Positions 1-11,989 of a DNA stretch of 64,000 nucleotides are shown here, in pieces (the first letter of the stretch is position 1; each line of letters starts with the position of its first letter). The notes below the pieces were generated by a model, which saw only the letters and a program-made list of their open reading frames with translations, was not told the DNA's origin and did no database searches. The DNA is from Macrostomum lignano (Eukaryota), in the NCBI GenBank assembly GCA_002269645.1, contig NIVC01001557.1:1-64000 (forward strand), in the 5' to 3' direction. A program made the position numbers and the translations under genes.

Positions 1-720
1 ACAGATTACATAGATTCACAGATTGCATAGATTCACAGTTCCATAGATTCACAGATTCCATAGATTCACAGCTTCCATAGATTCACAGATTCCATAGATT
101 CACAGATTCCATAGATTCACAGATTCCATAGATTCACAGATTCCATAGATTCACAGGTTCCATAGATTCACAGATTTCATAGATTCACAGGTTCCATAGA
201 TTCACAGATTCCATAGATTCACAATTCCATAGATTCACAGATTCCATAGATTCACAGATTCCATAGATTCACAGATACAGATTCGCAGATTTTATAATTC
301 ACAGATTCCAAATTCAGAATCACAGCCTCATACATTTACAGATTCCATAGATTCACAGATTCCATAGACTCACAGATTTTATCGATCCACAGACGGAATA
401 GATTCACAGATGGAATCGATTCACAGATGGAATAGGTTCACAGGGCTTTCATTCACCGATCTCTCACGATTCACGATGCTTCCTCAGATTCACAGCGCGA
501 TTCACAGCAGATTCAGACCAGATTTACAGATTCCTCAGGTTCACAGATTCCATAGATTCACAGAGTTCACAGATTCCATAGATTCACAGAGTTCACAGAT
601 TCCATAGATTCACAGATTCACAGATTCCATAGATTCACAGAGTTCACAGATTCCATAGATTCACAGAGTTCACAGATTCCATAGATTCACAGAGTTCACA
701 GATTCCATAGATCATGATTC
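1..720. repeat. ~17-bp minisatellite (TTCCATAGATTCACAGA)
   Basis: Tandem copies visible; intronic. Confidence 0.95.
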
Positions 721-761
721 ACAGAATCTATAAAATCCTTAAAAATATTCGAGCCGTTTAC

Positions 762-1017
762 CTGGTCAGCCAGCCAGCGCTGCACCCGCTCCACTGTGTC
801 GTCGTGCTCGGCCCACTCCATCTGGCGTTTGTCCACGGCGGCTCGGGCGTCGTGCAATTCCTGGTGAACGTCTCCCATCGGCGTTGCAGCTCGGACAGTC
901 GATCTCGAATGGCTGGCCGGCCTTTCGCGCCGTGTTCTGCTCGCCTTGTCTGCCCAGTGGCCGGCGGCCTGCAGCAACACCTGACCTTCCTCCTTGGTCA
1001 GTGACAGGTCGTTTACT
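762..1017 (-). CDS. SYNE1: Last nesprin-like exon in the window (gene continues beyond position 1)
   Basis: CAG/GTAAA; spectrin-like ...MEWAEHDDTVERVQRWLADQ. Confidence 0.7.
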
Positions 1018-1268
1018 CTGAAATTTGAGCAATTAATCATGTTTTAAATATCACTTGTAATCAACACACTACTTGTAGTAGGACAAAAGCAGATTGTAAA
1101 ACAAAGAGATCCAGCGTGATATGGCAAACGACGCAGGTTCGAATCTTTTCACTTGGATTTATCTTCCATTAAATTTTCAAGTTTTTCGTCGATCAAATAA
1201 TTTCTCGCAAATTTACACTTTCAACCTACTGTTAGTAGGATTCAACAAAACTACAATTAAAAACGTAC

Positions 1269-1734
1269 CTATCCAGCTGGCGCTGCAGTTCGTATTTGTC
1301 CGCCTCTCCGCGACTCGCGCCCGTGGCGGCCAGCCGTTCGGCCGCGGCGCCGATCCATCGCTCGGCTTCGTCGGCGTTGCGCTCGAATTCTGCGTGATCG
1401 TCTGCGTGCGATCGGAGCTTCTGAGCATGCTCCCTGGCCAGCGCCTCCAGAGCGTGGTACCTGGCTCCAGTCTTAGCCAGCTGGGTGCTGACGCGCAGAT
1501 CAACTCCGGAGTCCTGCAGCAGTCGTCGGCGGACAGCTCGGACAGGGCCTCCAGATCCACCTGTTTCTCGGCGATCTCCGTCTCCAAGGCCTCCTGAGCG
1601 GCGGCCAGTCGTCGCTTGTCGTCGAGATCGAGGCCGGCTCTGTGCGGACGCGAGACTCGCGCGTCGGCCAGCCAGGCGTTCAGCGATTCCAGCTGGGCGT
1701 CGAATTCCGACCAGCGCTTGTTGAGTCCGGTTAC
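1269..1734 (-). CDS. SYNE1: Spectrin-repeat exon with a frameshift near 1525
   Basis: KRWSEFDAQLESLNAWL then a frame change to DDHAEFERNADEAERW; CAG/GTACG. Confidence 0.7.
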
Positions 1735-2051
1735 CTGGCGGTTTGGTTTAATGCATCTGTTTTTAAGTCCGACTACTTCTAGGCAATTGAATTCATACTT
1801 TCGATACATATCGGGATATTTAGATACGGTAGAATGTAGATAGTTTTTTTTCAAAAATCATATTTGAATTTTAGATTTATTAAAAAATTTTTCGATACAT
1901 ATCGTCGACACAAAGTAAAATTCACATTGGATTTAAAAAAGTATATTACGATACATATCGGCGACACAAAGTAGGATTAAAATGCCTTTTTTACTAAATT
2001 CAAGGCATTTTTCGATACATATCGGGGAACGAAGCGAACGAAAGTGCTCAC

Positions 2052-2386
2052 CTGTCCAGACTGGGCCTGGCACTCGGCCATCAGGTCTTTCATAGCTTTG
2101 GCCAGCGCCGCCGTCTCGTCTTCGATCTGCTTCCGGCCGTCCGCGTTGCTGCCCTCGCGCCAGTCGGCCTCGTTCGTCGGCCGTCGGATTTTCTCTTCGC
2201 CGACAGGCTTCGCGTCCACCCGTGTCGCGGAGCAGCTGGGCGCGCGCATCCAGACTTTGCCGGTCGGTGCGCAGCTGGTCGTCGGCGCCGAGACGATCGC
2301 GCGCCATCTCCAGCCACTCGGAGGGCGTCGGCGACGGCCTCCTTGTACTGCTGGTGGTCGCGGAGCGGCGGTCGGCGTCCCGGAGT
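2052..2386 (-). CDS. SYNE1: Spectrin-repeat exon with several frameshifts
   Basis: RDHQQYKEAVADA / SEWLEMARDRL / KQIEDETAALAKAMKDL are in different frames; CAG/GTGAG. Confidence 0.65.
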
Positions 2387-2658
2387 CTGTCAGGGGGATG
2401 GGGGTTGAAATTTTTTGTGACTTTGGTGGCACTCTCCATTGGTCACTCTGGTGTCACTCTCCATTGGTCACCCTGGTGTCACTCTCCATTGGTCACTCTT
2501 GTGGCACTCTCCTGTACTTTCACTCTACTGTACAGTACAGGGGCCACTATAAATTGATATCTCTAAATTAGTCACTCTATCTTAGATCGGTCACTTTGAA
2601 GAGATCGGTCACTAAATAGATCAGTCACTCTAGGTCGTCACTCCGAAATTGGCCTCAC

Positions 2659-3012
2659 CTTCCAGTGAGCTCAGCATCGAGCATCTCGAACTCCTTGACC
2701 ATCTTCATGACTCCCTCGGTGGCCTCGGACGGCTCCTGCGTCTCCAGCATCGCGGCCGCTTTGTCCGCCAGGCCGCGCACCGCCGGCTGATGGCCTCGGA
2801 GCGCAGTTTGCAGATTGCGCAATCGCTCGCCTGAGCGCGCTTCTCCGCCAAACTGGCAGCAGCGCCGTCGGCCGGCTCGGCGTCCAGCTGAGCGCGATAG
2901 TCACGAAGCCAGCGCTCGACCTGGTCGGAGCCCTCCTCGTACAGAGTCCATTGCGCAAGAGCCATCAAGCTGTTGACGCGATCGGCCCAGATCAGCTAGG
3001 CAGGAATCCCAT
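2659..3012 (-). CDS. SYNE1: Spectrin-repeat exon with about 2 frameshifts (~2960, ~2830)
   Basis: RWDSCLADLGRSRQQLD / LAQWTLYEEGSDQVERWL / ERLRNLQTALRGHQ lie in three different frames. Confidence 0.7.
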
Positions 3013-3179
3013 CTGAAGTTATTGAAGTTATCGATACATATCGGCTATGCCACCTACGTGCATATTAGATTATGTAAGCTACAAAATGCTGATTTTCGAT
3101 ACATATCGGCTGTGTAAATTTAATAGAAAACTTTTTTTCAGACGATATGTTTCGAAAAACGCATAGAAAGCCGACGAAC

Positions 3180-3697
3180 CTGTCTTGCAGTTGCTGCGCC
3201 GCCTGACGCAGTCGATCTCGTCCGGCGCCAGACGTCGCCGGCAGCACCGTCGACTGCAGCCGATCCTGCAGAGCCGCCAGCCGACGGAATCCGTCCTCCC
3301 GTTCGGCGTTCAGCTCGGCCAGGGTGGCCAGCCGGGCCTGGATCTCGAACCGATCGCCCCGGCCGTCACCGCACTGTCCGAGCCGGTCCTCAAAGTCGGC
3401 CAGCCAGTCGTCGACGTCAGCCATCTCGCGGTCGAGCTGGCCGTGATCCTCGGCGTGGCCGCGCCAAACGGCGGCCTGGTCGGACAGCTGGTCGCGCAGT
3501 AGAGAGAATCGACCGGTTAGGCTGGCCGCCTGGCCGGTCACGTGACCTTCCCGACTGGCCTTGGCGACGTCGGCCGCGGCATCGTGCAGTCGGCCGTTGA
3601 AATCGCGTTCGGCCACTTCGTCGGCCCAGGCGGCGGCGTCGGACAGACGGTCGGCCAGAGCGGATTTCTCTTCAGCATTTGGGCGGGGCTCCGCTGC
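3180..3697 (-). CDS. SYNE1: Spectrin-repeat exon (AAEPRPNAEEK...QLQDR)
   Basis: CAG/GTTCG, phase 0/2. Confidence 0.85.
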
Positions 3698-3849
3698 CTG
3701 GATTAATGAAAATTGTTCATTTTAGTCTTGAGACAATATGTATCGAAAACAAATAAAACAAAGCAGATAAAACAATAGAAGATTTCAGTCTACCCTACTC
3801 ACAATAAAGTACAACAGTAATATAAATAGCACATGATTTTTCCGCTTAC

Positions 3850-4116
3850 TTTCAAATGCGCCTCGGCCGTTCGAACGTGCTCGGTGCAGAGCTTGTGAGC
3901 CTCTTCGTACTCGGCCCAGCGATCGGCGCAGTCAGACAGGTCGCGCTTGGCCTGTTCGACAGAATCGACAAAGTCGGTCCATTCGACGCGCAGGTCGCCG
4001 GCCTCGGCTTGGATGGCATCGACGCCGGAGCTGCCGGTGCGTCGGCAGACGGCCTCGGCCAGGCTGTCCACTTTATCCAGGCGTTGCTCGCCCTCGGCCT
4101 GGGCGCGGCTCAGGTC
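3850..4116 (-). CDS. SYNE1: Spectrin-repeat exon (DLSRAQAEGEQRL...AHLK)
   Basis: CAG/GTAAG, 267 nt. Confidence 0.9.
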
Positions 4117-4685
4117 CTGAGTTGTTTTCGGCGAAGTTAAGATTTTTTGGTTAAAAAGTACATTTTAGTACTCGCGAACTTTTACAGATTCGAGAGTGCT
4201 TCCAAGGACTTCTAGATTGCAAAATTATCGGATTTTAAATACTTTTAGTACACATGCACTTTTAGGTGCACTTGTACTTTAAAAAACAGTTCAAGAAAGT
4301 AAAGTGAAGCTATCTAGAAAAATCGCATTACAACACCTTTTTATCGTAGTAGAGTCGAAACAAAATGAAATAGGGTGCTTGGGAATAAAATACAGGAGGC
4401 ACATGACGACAGTATGGAATGCGTTTGCATCTATTCGATAGCAAGGCCATCAAGCGTGAATTACAGCCTTTAAGAGAATAAAATATACAGAGTAGATCCT
4501 TAGAGGAGCTTTAAAAAGTGCAGAGCAATCATCCAGGGAGAAGAGTTCGACAAAAGACACGACAGCAATACTTACGATTCTCCGCTGAAATAGTCATTTC
4601 ATGGAAATGGGAAAACGTATGCAATACATAGTTGGTACATTTTTAATTTGATAATCAAAACTACGGTATAGGATTCAATCTTTTT

Positions 4686-5036
4686 GGAATCGAACCAACG
4701 ACTTTTTAACGGGATTCGAACCAACGACTTTCTAACGGGATTCGAATCAACGACTTTCTTACACAAGATTCGAACCAATGACTTTCTAAGACAGGATTCG
4801 AACTAACGACTTTCTAAGACAGGATTCGAACCAACGACTTTCTTACACAAGATTCGAACCAACGACTTTCTAACACGGGATTCGAACCAACGACTTTGTA
4901 ACACGGGATTTGAACCAACAACTTTCTAACATAGGATTTGAACCAACGAATTTATGCTTCGTTAGATTGTCAGGCAAATAAGCCCCAGGATTTGAACTAA
5001 CGACTTTCCTACACAGGATTCGAACCAACGACTTCC
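4686..5036. repeat. 27-28-bp minisatellite carrying a Pol III B-box (GGATTCGAACCAACGACTTTCT...)
   Basis: About 12 units; reverse complement GTCGTTGGTTCGAATCC. Confidence 0.85.
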
Positions 5037-5123
5037 CGATCATGAAGCAAACGCTGTAAACCACCCGGCTAAACAGCCACGCCTAAGCCTACCCTGGAAT
5101 GCCTTTATCCATGCAAAACTCAC

Positions 5124-5546
5124 GTCCAGCCGATCCAAGCGGCTCTGCAGCGCCTGCCGGTCGCCAGTCAGATCTGAGCAGACTGCCAGTCGTTCGCCAA
5201 GTCCGGAAATCCAGTTTCCAGCATCGGTGCAGGCCTCCTTAAATTCGGCGTGGTCGCGTACAGCTTCGTCGGCTTCGGCCGCGGCCTCTTTGGCAGCGGC
5301 TAGGAGGCTCTCGTGACTGAATTTGATCTCCTCCAGCTGGCGCTCCTGGTCTGGCGAGCCCGACAAGCCCTGGCTGGCCATGCCGCGGAGCCGGTCCTCG
5401 GCCGACTGCAGGCGCTTGCCAAACGCAGCGACCTCGTTGTGGAGCCCGCGAGCGTCGATTAATTGCTCCTTCTTCTCTTCGAGAGTATCGCGTGGCTGAG
5501 AGCAATCGTCCAGCTGGGCTTGCTTCTCCTGCAGCCAGGCTGACAT
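5124..5546 (-). CDS. SYNE1: Spectrin-repeat exon (MSAWLQEKQ...LDRLD)
   Basis: CAG/GTGAG, 423 nt. Confidence 0.9.
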
Positions 5547-5580
5547 CTGCGGGTGAGATGAGGGGCAATAGGAACTTGAT

Positions 5581-5805
5581 AATGACGTCATACCTTTAAT
5601 GACGTTATTTATACTTTGATGACGTCACTCTGTAATGACGTCATATTTGACGACATCACCCTTTAAAAGAGGTCACTCTTTATTGACGTCATATATTTAA
5701 TGACATCTTACTTTAATCACACCGCCCAAAAATGACGTAACTATTCAATGACGTAATCATTTAATGACATAATTTTTTTTCGCGTAGCCCTACAATGACG
5801 TCACC
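5581..5805. promoter_or_regulatory. Cluster of CRE palindromes (TGACGTCA) in a short intron
   Basis: Perfect sites at 5583, 5620, 5636, 5684, 5796 plus TGACGTAA/TGACGTTA variants; function unproven. Confidence 0.35.
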
Positions 5806-5816
5806 AGAATTCTCAC

Positions 5817-6293
5817 CTGCTCCAGCTGCTCTCCCAAGCCGCGCCACTGATTGGCGCTCTGCTCCAGCTGTTTCCTCCTAGTGGTCAGCTGATCAACCAA
5901 ACCGTCTAATCGATTTTTCAATCCTCGAACTTCGCCTCGGACCCGATCGCGGCCGGCGGCTCCGCTAGCTGAGCACACTTTCTCAGCGGCGGCGTTCAAC
6001 GATTGCAGCTTGGAGTACAGCTCGCTGCGGCGCTGCGCCAGCTCCTCGGCCAACCGCTGCTTGGCCTCCAGATCGTCGGCGGTGCCAGCGGTGTCCAGGT
6101 CGCGAGCCTCGTCCTCCAGTTCGTCGATGTCGGCGGTGAGCTGCTCGAGCTCCTGCTGGTAGGCTTCGTGATCGGCGGCTGCGGCGGCGGCCTTCTCAGC
6201 AGAGGCCTCGGTGGCTTTGGCCAGGGAGCGAAGGCGCGACTGCAGCTGCGGCTGCGAGCTTGAGTCCAGGTTGTTCAGGTCGGGCTCCATCGA
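5817..6293 (-). CDS. SYNE1: Spectrin-repeat exon (SMEPDL...EQLEQ)
   Basis: CAG/GTGAG, 477 nt. Confidence 0.9.
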
Positions 6294-6419
6294 CTGGGGT
6301 GTTTTGGGATACAAATGCTCAGCATTAGCGGCAGCACTGCACAGAATCGCTGCATAGAGCTTCATCAAATCCTGACTGGAGATCAAGGCTTGATCTCAGT
6401 TTAACATGCTCGCTAGATC

Positions 6420-7070
6420 CACTCATCGTTAGCCTCTAACTGGATCTTTAATGGGTCACAACTAGATCCTCACTGGATCCCAACGAGATCCTCACTAGAT
6501 CCTCACTGGATCCCAACTAGATACTTACTAGATCAAAACTAGATCATCACCGGATCCCAAATAGATCCTCACTAGATCCCAACGAGATCCCAACTAGATC
6601 ATCACTAGATTCCAACTAGATCCTTACTAGATCCCAACTAGATTCTCACTAGATCCCAACTAGATCCTCAATGGATCCCATCTAGATCCTCACTAGATCC
6701 TCACTGGATCCCAACTAGATACGCAATAGATTCCAACTAGATCCTCACTAGATCCCAACTAGATCCTCAATAGATCCCAACTAGATCCTCACTAGATCCT
6801 CACTGAATCCTAACTAGATACTTACTAGATCAAAACTAGATCATCACCGGATCCCAAATAGATCCTCACTAGATCCCAAAGAGATCCCTACTAGATAATC
6901 ACTAGATCCCAACTAGATCCTTACTAGATCCCAACTAGATACGCAATAGATTCCAACTAGATCCTCACTAGATCCCAACTGGATCCTCAATAGATCCCAA
7001 CTAGATCCTCACTAGATCCCAACTAAGATCCTCAATAGATCCCAACTAGATCCTCATTAGATCCCAAATA
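6420..7070. repeat. 11/22-bp minisatellite (TAGATCCCAACTAGATCCTCAC)
   Basis: Tandem copies. Confidence 0.93.
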
Positions 7071-7125
7071 GCTACTCACTATAGATGCCCAACAGATCCC
7101 CCAACATCCCGCTCCCCAGCCTCAC

Positions 7126-7641
7126 CTGCACATCGTCCAGCAGCCGCTGCAGCGCCTCCACCTGGTCCCGCTTCTCATCCAGCGAGTTTTTGGCGCCGCC
7201 AGCCTCCCGGCCGCGCGACTCCATGGCTGCCAGCTGGGCGGCCAGGTCCGTCTCCAGCGCCTCTGCCCGGCCCAGCCTGTCCAGCGTGTCCTCCAGATCG
7301 GCCTTGGCCTGCTGCGCCCGCTCCCTGTGCGCGTCCCAGGCTCGTTGAAGCTCGTCCAGCTCGGCCTGCAGCTTTGCCCGCTGGGCCGGCGACGCCCCCG
7401 ACATGGCGCGGCGCACCGCCTCCATGGCCGCTTGGATCCTGGCCGCGCCCTCCTCCTCCGAGTTGATCAGATCGTTCAGCCGGTCCAGCCGGCTGGCTAG
7501 GCTGGCTTTGTCGCCCGCTTCGGTTGAGGTCAGGGGTTCGAGCCTGTCACCAGCTGTCCTGAGCCAGTCCTTGGCCAGTTTGAGGCTGCTCTGAGCAGCC
7601 TGCATGTCTTGGGCTTCCTGTTCCGCTCGAGATAGCAAAGC
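7126..7641 (-). CDS. SYNE1: Spectrin-repeat exon (ALLSRAEQ...LLDDVQ)
   Basis: CAG/GTGAG, 516 nt. Confidence 0.9.
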
Positions 7642-8519
7642 CTGCATGATTTAGTTGGAAAAATTTAGGGAAAACACAAATTTAGACTTACATGTCCGCG
7701 ATAGTCTACTGACAAATTTTATCAGTAGAATATAACGATTATAGGGGGAAATAATTTACGTTTGATTGAAAAAAAAGCATTTTTACTGAGCATACGCTTT
7801 CATGTGTCTCCAGATTTTTCGAAACTCGAGAATCAAAACCTAGCTCCGTCACACTTCAGCTACAAAAAACGCCCCTATAAAAAGTATCTTCCCTTCAATA
7901 CAAAAAGCGGATAAAAGTGCGTCACACATGAACTTGTTTCTGTACAGTACAAAAAGCAAGAAATAGTTTGAGCAAAAGCAATTAAATAATTGATTAAATA
8001 AAACAAATTCTAACAGAGACCGAACAAAGGCACGAACTGCTGGCAAAGGTGGTAGTTGTCAAGGTAAATGCATAGAGCTCTGAGCTGCTACAGTCCATAG
8101 CTTATCTACACTAGATGGCTGACTTAGCTATTGTTGTAGTTGCACAAAACAAAAAAGTCTGCTGTGGCTACTGCTGGAAGGCGTAGATAAGTAGTATATC
8201 TGCCTCTTTAGCTAGTGAAGCGACAGGTGATCAAAAAACAACTATTGATTTAAAATTTCCCTTCTGGAGGCTCAGCGATGGAGGAAATGAATGCAAATGT
8301 GTATCCTGCTTTACCGAACACATCTGGCCATTGGCGAGGTGGCCCTCGGGCTCCTGTTGCAGGTTGCGTTGAAGTTTAGAAAGTACTTTTAATAGTTTTA
8401 GTATCTAAGTAAGGTAGTGTAGGATTGTAATTTCGCGAGAAGAGGTGTAGCTTCTAGCTTCTAGGTGTCCATGGCAGAGTTTTGTGGGTGGTGTCAGGAC
8501 AGGCTTTAAATGCAATATT

Positions 8520-9060
8520 TGTCACTCCAAAGACAGGCACTCTAAGTAGTCGCTCTAAAGACAGGCACTTTAAATAGGCATTCTAATGCACCTTGTCAAT
8601 CTAGAGACAAGCAATCTAAATAGTCACTTTAGAGACAGGCACCCTAATGTACCTTGTCGCTCTAAAGACATGCAATATAAATAGTCACTCTAGAGACAGG
8701 CACTCTAATGTAACCTGTCACTTTCGAGACAGGCACTCTAATACACCTTGTCACTCTAGAGACAGGCACTCTAATACACCTTGTCACTCTAGAGACAGGC
8801 ACTCTAATACACCTTGTAACTCGAGACAGGCACTCTAATATACCTTGTCACTCTAGAGACAGGCGCTCCAATACACCTTGTCACTCTAAAGACAGGCGCT
8901 CCAATACACCTTGTCACTCTAAAGACAGGCACTCTAATACACCTTGTCACTCTAAAGACAGGCACTCTAATACACCTTGTCACTCTAAAGACAGGCACTC
9001 TAATACACCTTGTCACTCTAAAGACAGGCACTCTAATACACCTTGTCACTCTTAAGACAG
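8520..9060. repeat. 31-bp minisatellite (CTCTAATACACCTTGTCACTCTAAAGACAGG...)
   Basis: Tandem copies. Confidence 0.93.
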
Positions 9061-9224
9061 GGCCTTCTAGTGGCCCTCTAAGCAGAGGATCCACCAAAAA
9101 TGTCTAAAAACCGTGCCATCAAAAACTAAGACTAAAAAACTCGGCCTAATCAAGTCCACCACCCCGCCCTCCTCCCTATCCCCACAAGCCTAAACTGGAC
9201 CAGCCTCAACTCGTCCCCGCATGC

Positions 9225-10926
9225 CTTAGCCAGGCTCCGCAGGCGCTCGTATCGCTGGCCGGCGTCCCGCACGAACTGCATCGCCTCGCCGCCATCGCCA
9301 TTCGCCGTCGCCGTCGCTGCCTCGTCAGTCAGGGCGACCGCCTTCTCCACCAACTGATCCAAGGGTCGCCGGCGGGCTTGAACTTCTTGAAGCAGCGACA
9401 GCGCTTCGCTGGCGCGGCGCCGACGTTGATTCGCGTCGGCGGCGCCGTCGTCCGCGTCGGCCTCCGCCTCTGCTGCCGCGGCTCGAGCCTCGGCCGACTC
9501 CAGCCAGCTGCTCAGGGCCTGCCGGTGCTCCTCGAACGAGCCCAGCCGGTTCAACCGCGAGTGCAGCCGCTCCACCGACTCCTCCAGCGACACCTCGGCG
9601 TCATCAACATCTTCGCCAATGCCGCGCAGTTTTGACTTCAATGACTCCCGGCCGGCCGAGGCGGTGTCGGGCAGGACGGACTCCTCAGCCCGGCGGCACA
9701 GCGACTCCAGCTGGGATCTGCACTGGCTGAGCTGGCCGCGCAACCTCCCAGCCTCCGACAGGTGCGATTCGACATCAGCTCGACTGGCATCGGCGGTCGC
9801 TGCCGACATCGCCAGCTGGGCAACTGCGACCGAGGCTTCGGCCAGCTCGCCTGACAGATTTTCAACGTCAGCGTCGAGCTCCGAGTGTGCGGTGGCCCTC
9901 CTGCGCCAGTCAGCGGCCGTCGCTGCCACGGACTTCTTCAGAGCCGGCAGCCGCCGCTGAGCCAAGCCGGCCACTCGCTCGTCCAGCCGTCGGTCCAGGC
10001 CCGACAGCGGCGCCGCCAGCTCCAGCAGGAGCTCCGCCTGCGGCTCGGCTTCGGCTTCCAGGCTGTTCAGCAGGGCTTCGAACTTGCCCGCCAAGCGAAC
10101 CTTCTCCGCGGCCGACGCTGCAGCTTCGTTGCCGCCGCTGACGCCGCCGCCACGCGCCTGAAGCTCCAGCGAGCGCAGTCGGCTGTTGAACGACTCGACG
10201 GCGGATTCCACTTCTAGTAGGCGCTCCAGCGACTGGCGGGCCGCGTCCGCGCCTGCCGATGCTGACTTTTCCAGGCTGTCCAACTCCGACTGACCTTCGG
10301 CCACCTCGCCATCTTCGCTGTCGCCGCCGCCCAGCTCGGCGAGCCGGTTCAAAGCGGCCTGGCCGTCGGACAGGCTGGCCAGCAGCTCCTCCAGCTTGTC
10401 CCGCCGCAGCTGCAGCGCCGTTCTTTGATCTTCGCCGCCTCCGGTTGAGTTTGCCGCCGCCAGAACCGACCTGGCGCCGGTCAGCCAGTCCAGCCAGACG
10501 GCGCGAGCTTCCTGGCGCTCGGCGCGGCGCGCCAGATCCGCCTGTCGCCTGTCGATAAGTTTGCCGCATCGGTCAAGCAAGTCATCGCGTCTTCTTTGAA
10601 GTTGTCGAATCTCGGGATTGTCGGTGTCTTCGGCGCCGAACCTGTCAATCAGCTGCTGGTCGATCCTCAGGCGGCCGGACGAGACGAGGTCCTGCTGGAA
10701 GGCGCGCAGCGAGTGCAGACGTGCCCGAAGGTCGGCGGTGTCGCCACCGCGGCCGCTGTCGTTCTCTCCGTAGACGTCGACCAGTCGACTCTCCGACGCG
10801 GCCAGCCACTGCTCAGCCTGAGCCAGGGCCAGCTTGTACGAGCTCAATGATTGACAGCTCGACTCCAGGCTGGCTGCCGCTTGAGCAGCCTGCTCAGCGA
10901 GCTGACTGTAGGTCTGGCGGAGGTTG
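9225..10926 (-). CDS. SYNE1: Large spectrin-repeat exon, probable GC donor
   Basis: ORF 9150-11009; CAG acceptor phase 2; ends GCT AAG|GCATGC giving phase 0 into the 7641 exon. Confidence 0.85.
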
Positions 10927-11049
10927 CTGAATATTGGCAGGTGGAAAAAAGTAACCAATATTGCAGTTTTGCAGTACTGAGTGGCCACCACATGCTTGAG
11001 TACTTTCATCAGCCAAATACCCAGAAGTGATGAGAAGGACTTAACCTAA

Positions 11050-11950
11050 TCCCAACTTTTAATAGTGAATCCCATATACTCAACAGGTGAATCCCAAATT
11101 ATTTAATAGTCGAATCCCAAATCCTTGAACTGAAGAATCCTAATCTTCAAACTGGGGAATCCCAACTCTTCAAACTGGGGAATCCCAAATCTTCAAACTG
11201 GGGAATCCCAAATCTTCAAACTGGGAAATCCGAAATCTTCAAACTGGGGAATCCTACATCTTCAAACTGGGGAATCCCAAATCCTTGAACTGGGGAATCC
11301 CAAATTTTCAAACTGGGGAATCCTACATCTTCAAGCTGGGGAATCCCAAATAAAAAAACTGGGGAATCCGAAATCTTCAAACTGGGGAATCCTACATCTT
11401 CAAACTGGGGAATCCCAACTCTTCAAAAACTGGGGAATCCTACACCTTCAAGCTGGGGAATCCCAAATTTTCAAACTGGGGAATCCTACATCTTCAAACT
11501 GGGGAATCCCAAATCTTCAAAAACTGGGGAATCCCAAATTTTCAAACTGGGGAATCCAAAATTTTCAAACTGGGGAATCCTACATCTTCAAACTGGGGAA
11601 TCCCAAATCTTCAAAAACTGGGGAATCCTACATCTTCAAACTGGGGAATCCCAAATCTTCAAAAACTGGGGAATCCTACATCTTCAAGCTGGGGAATCCG
11701 AAATCTTCAAACTGGGGAATCTCAAATCCTTGAACTGGGGAATCCCAAATTTTCAAACTGGGGAATCCCAAATTTTCAAACTCGGGAATCCCAAATTTTC
11801 AAACTGGAGAATCCCAAATTTTCAAACAGGGGAATCCTCAATTTTTTGAAACGGGAATCCCAAATCCCAAAACCCATATCCTCAAACCAAGAAATCCCAA
11901 ATCCTGAAATTAAGGGATCCTCAATGCTCAAACCGGGAAGTCCAAAATTC
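11050..11950. repeat. 22-24-bp minisatellite (CAAACTGGGGAATCCCAAATCTT)
   Basis: Tandem copies. Confidence 0.95.
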
Positions 11951-11989
11951 TCAAACACTAGATCTCCAAATCCCCATATCGGTGCTCAC

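Noticed and set aside
1-1017. KASH domain or gene end
   Set aside because: No transmembrane/PPPx terminus seen; the gene continues beyond the window
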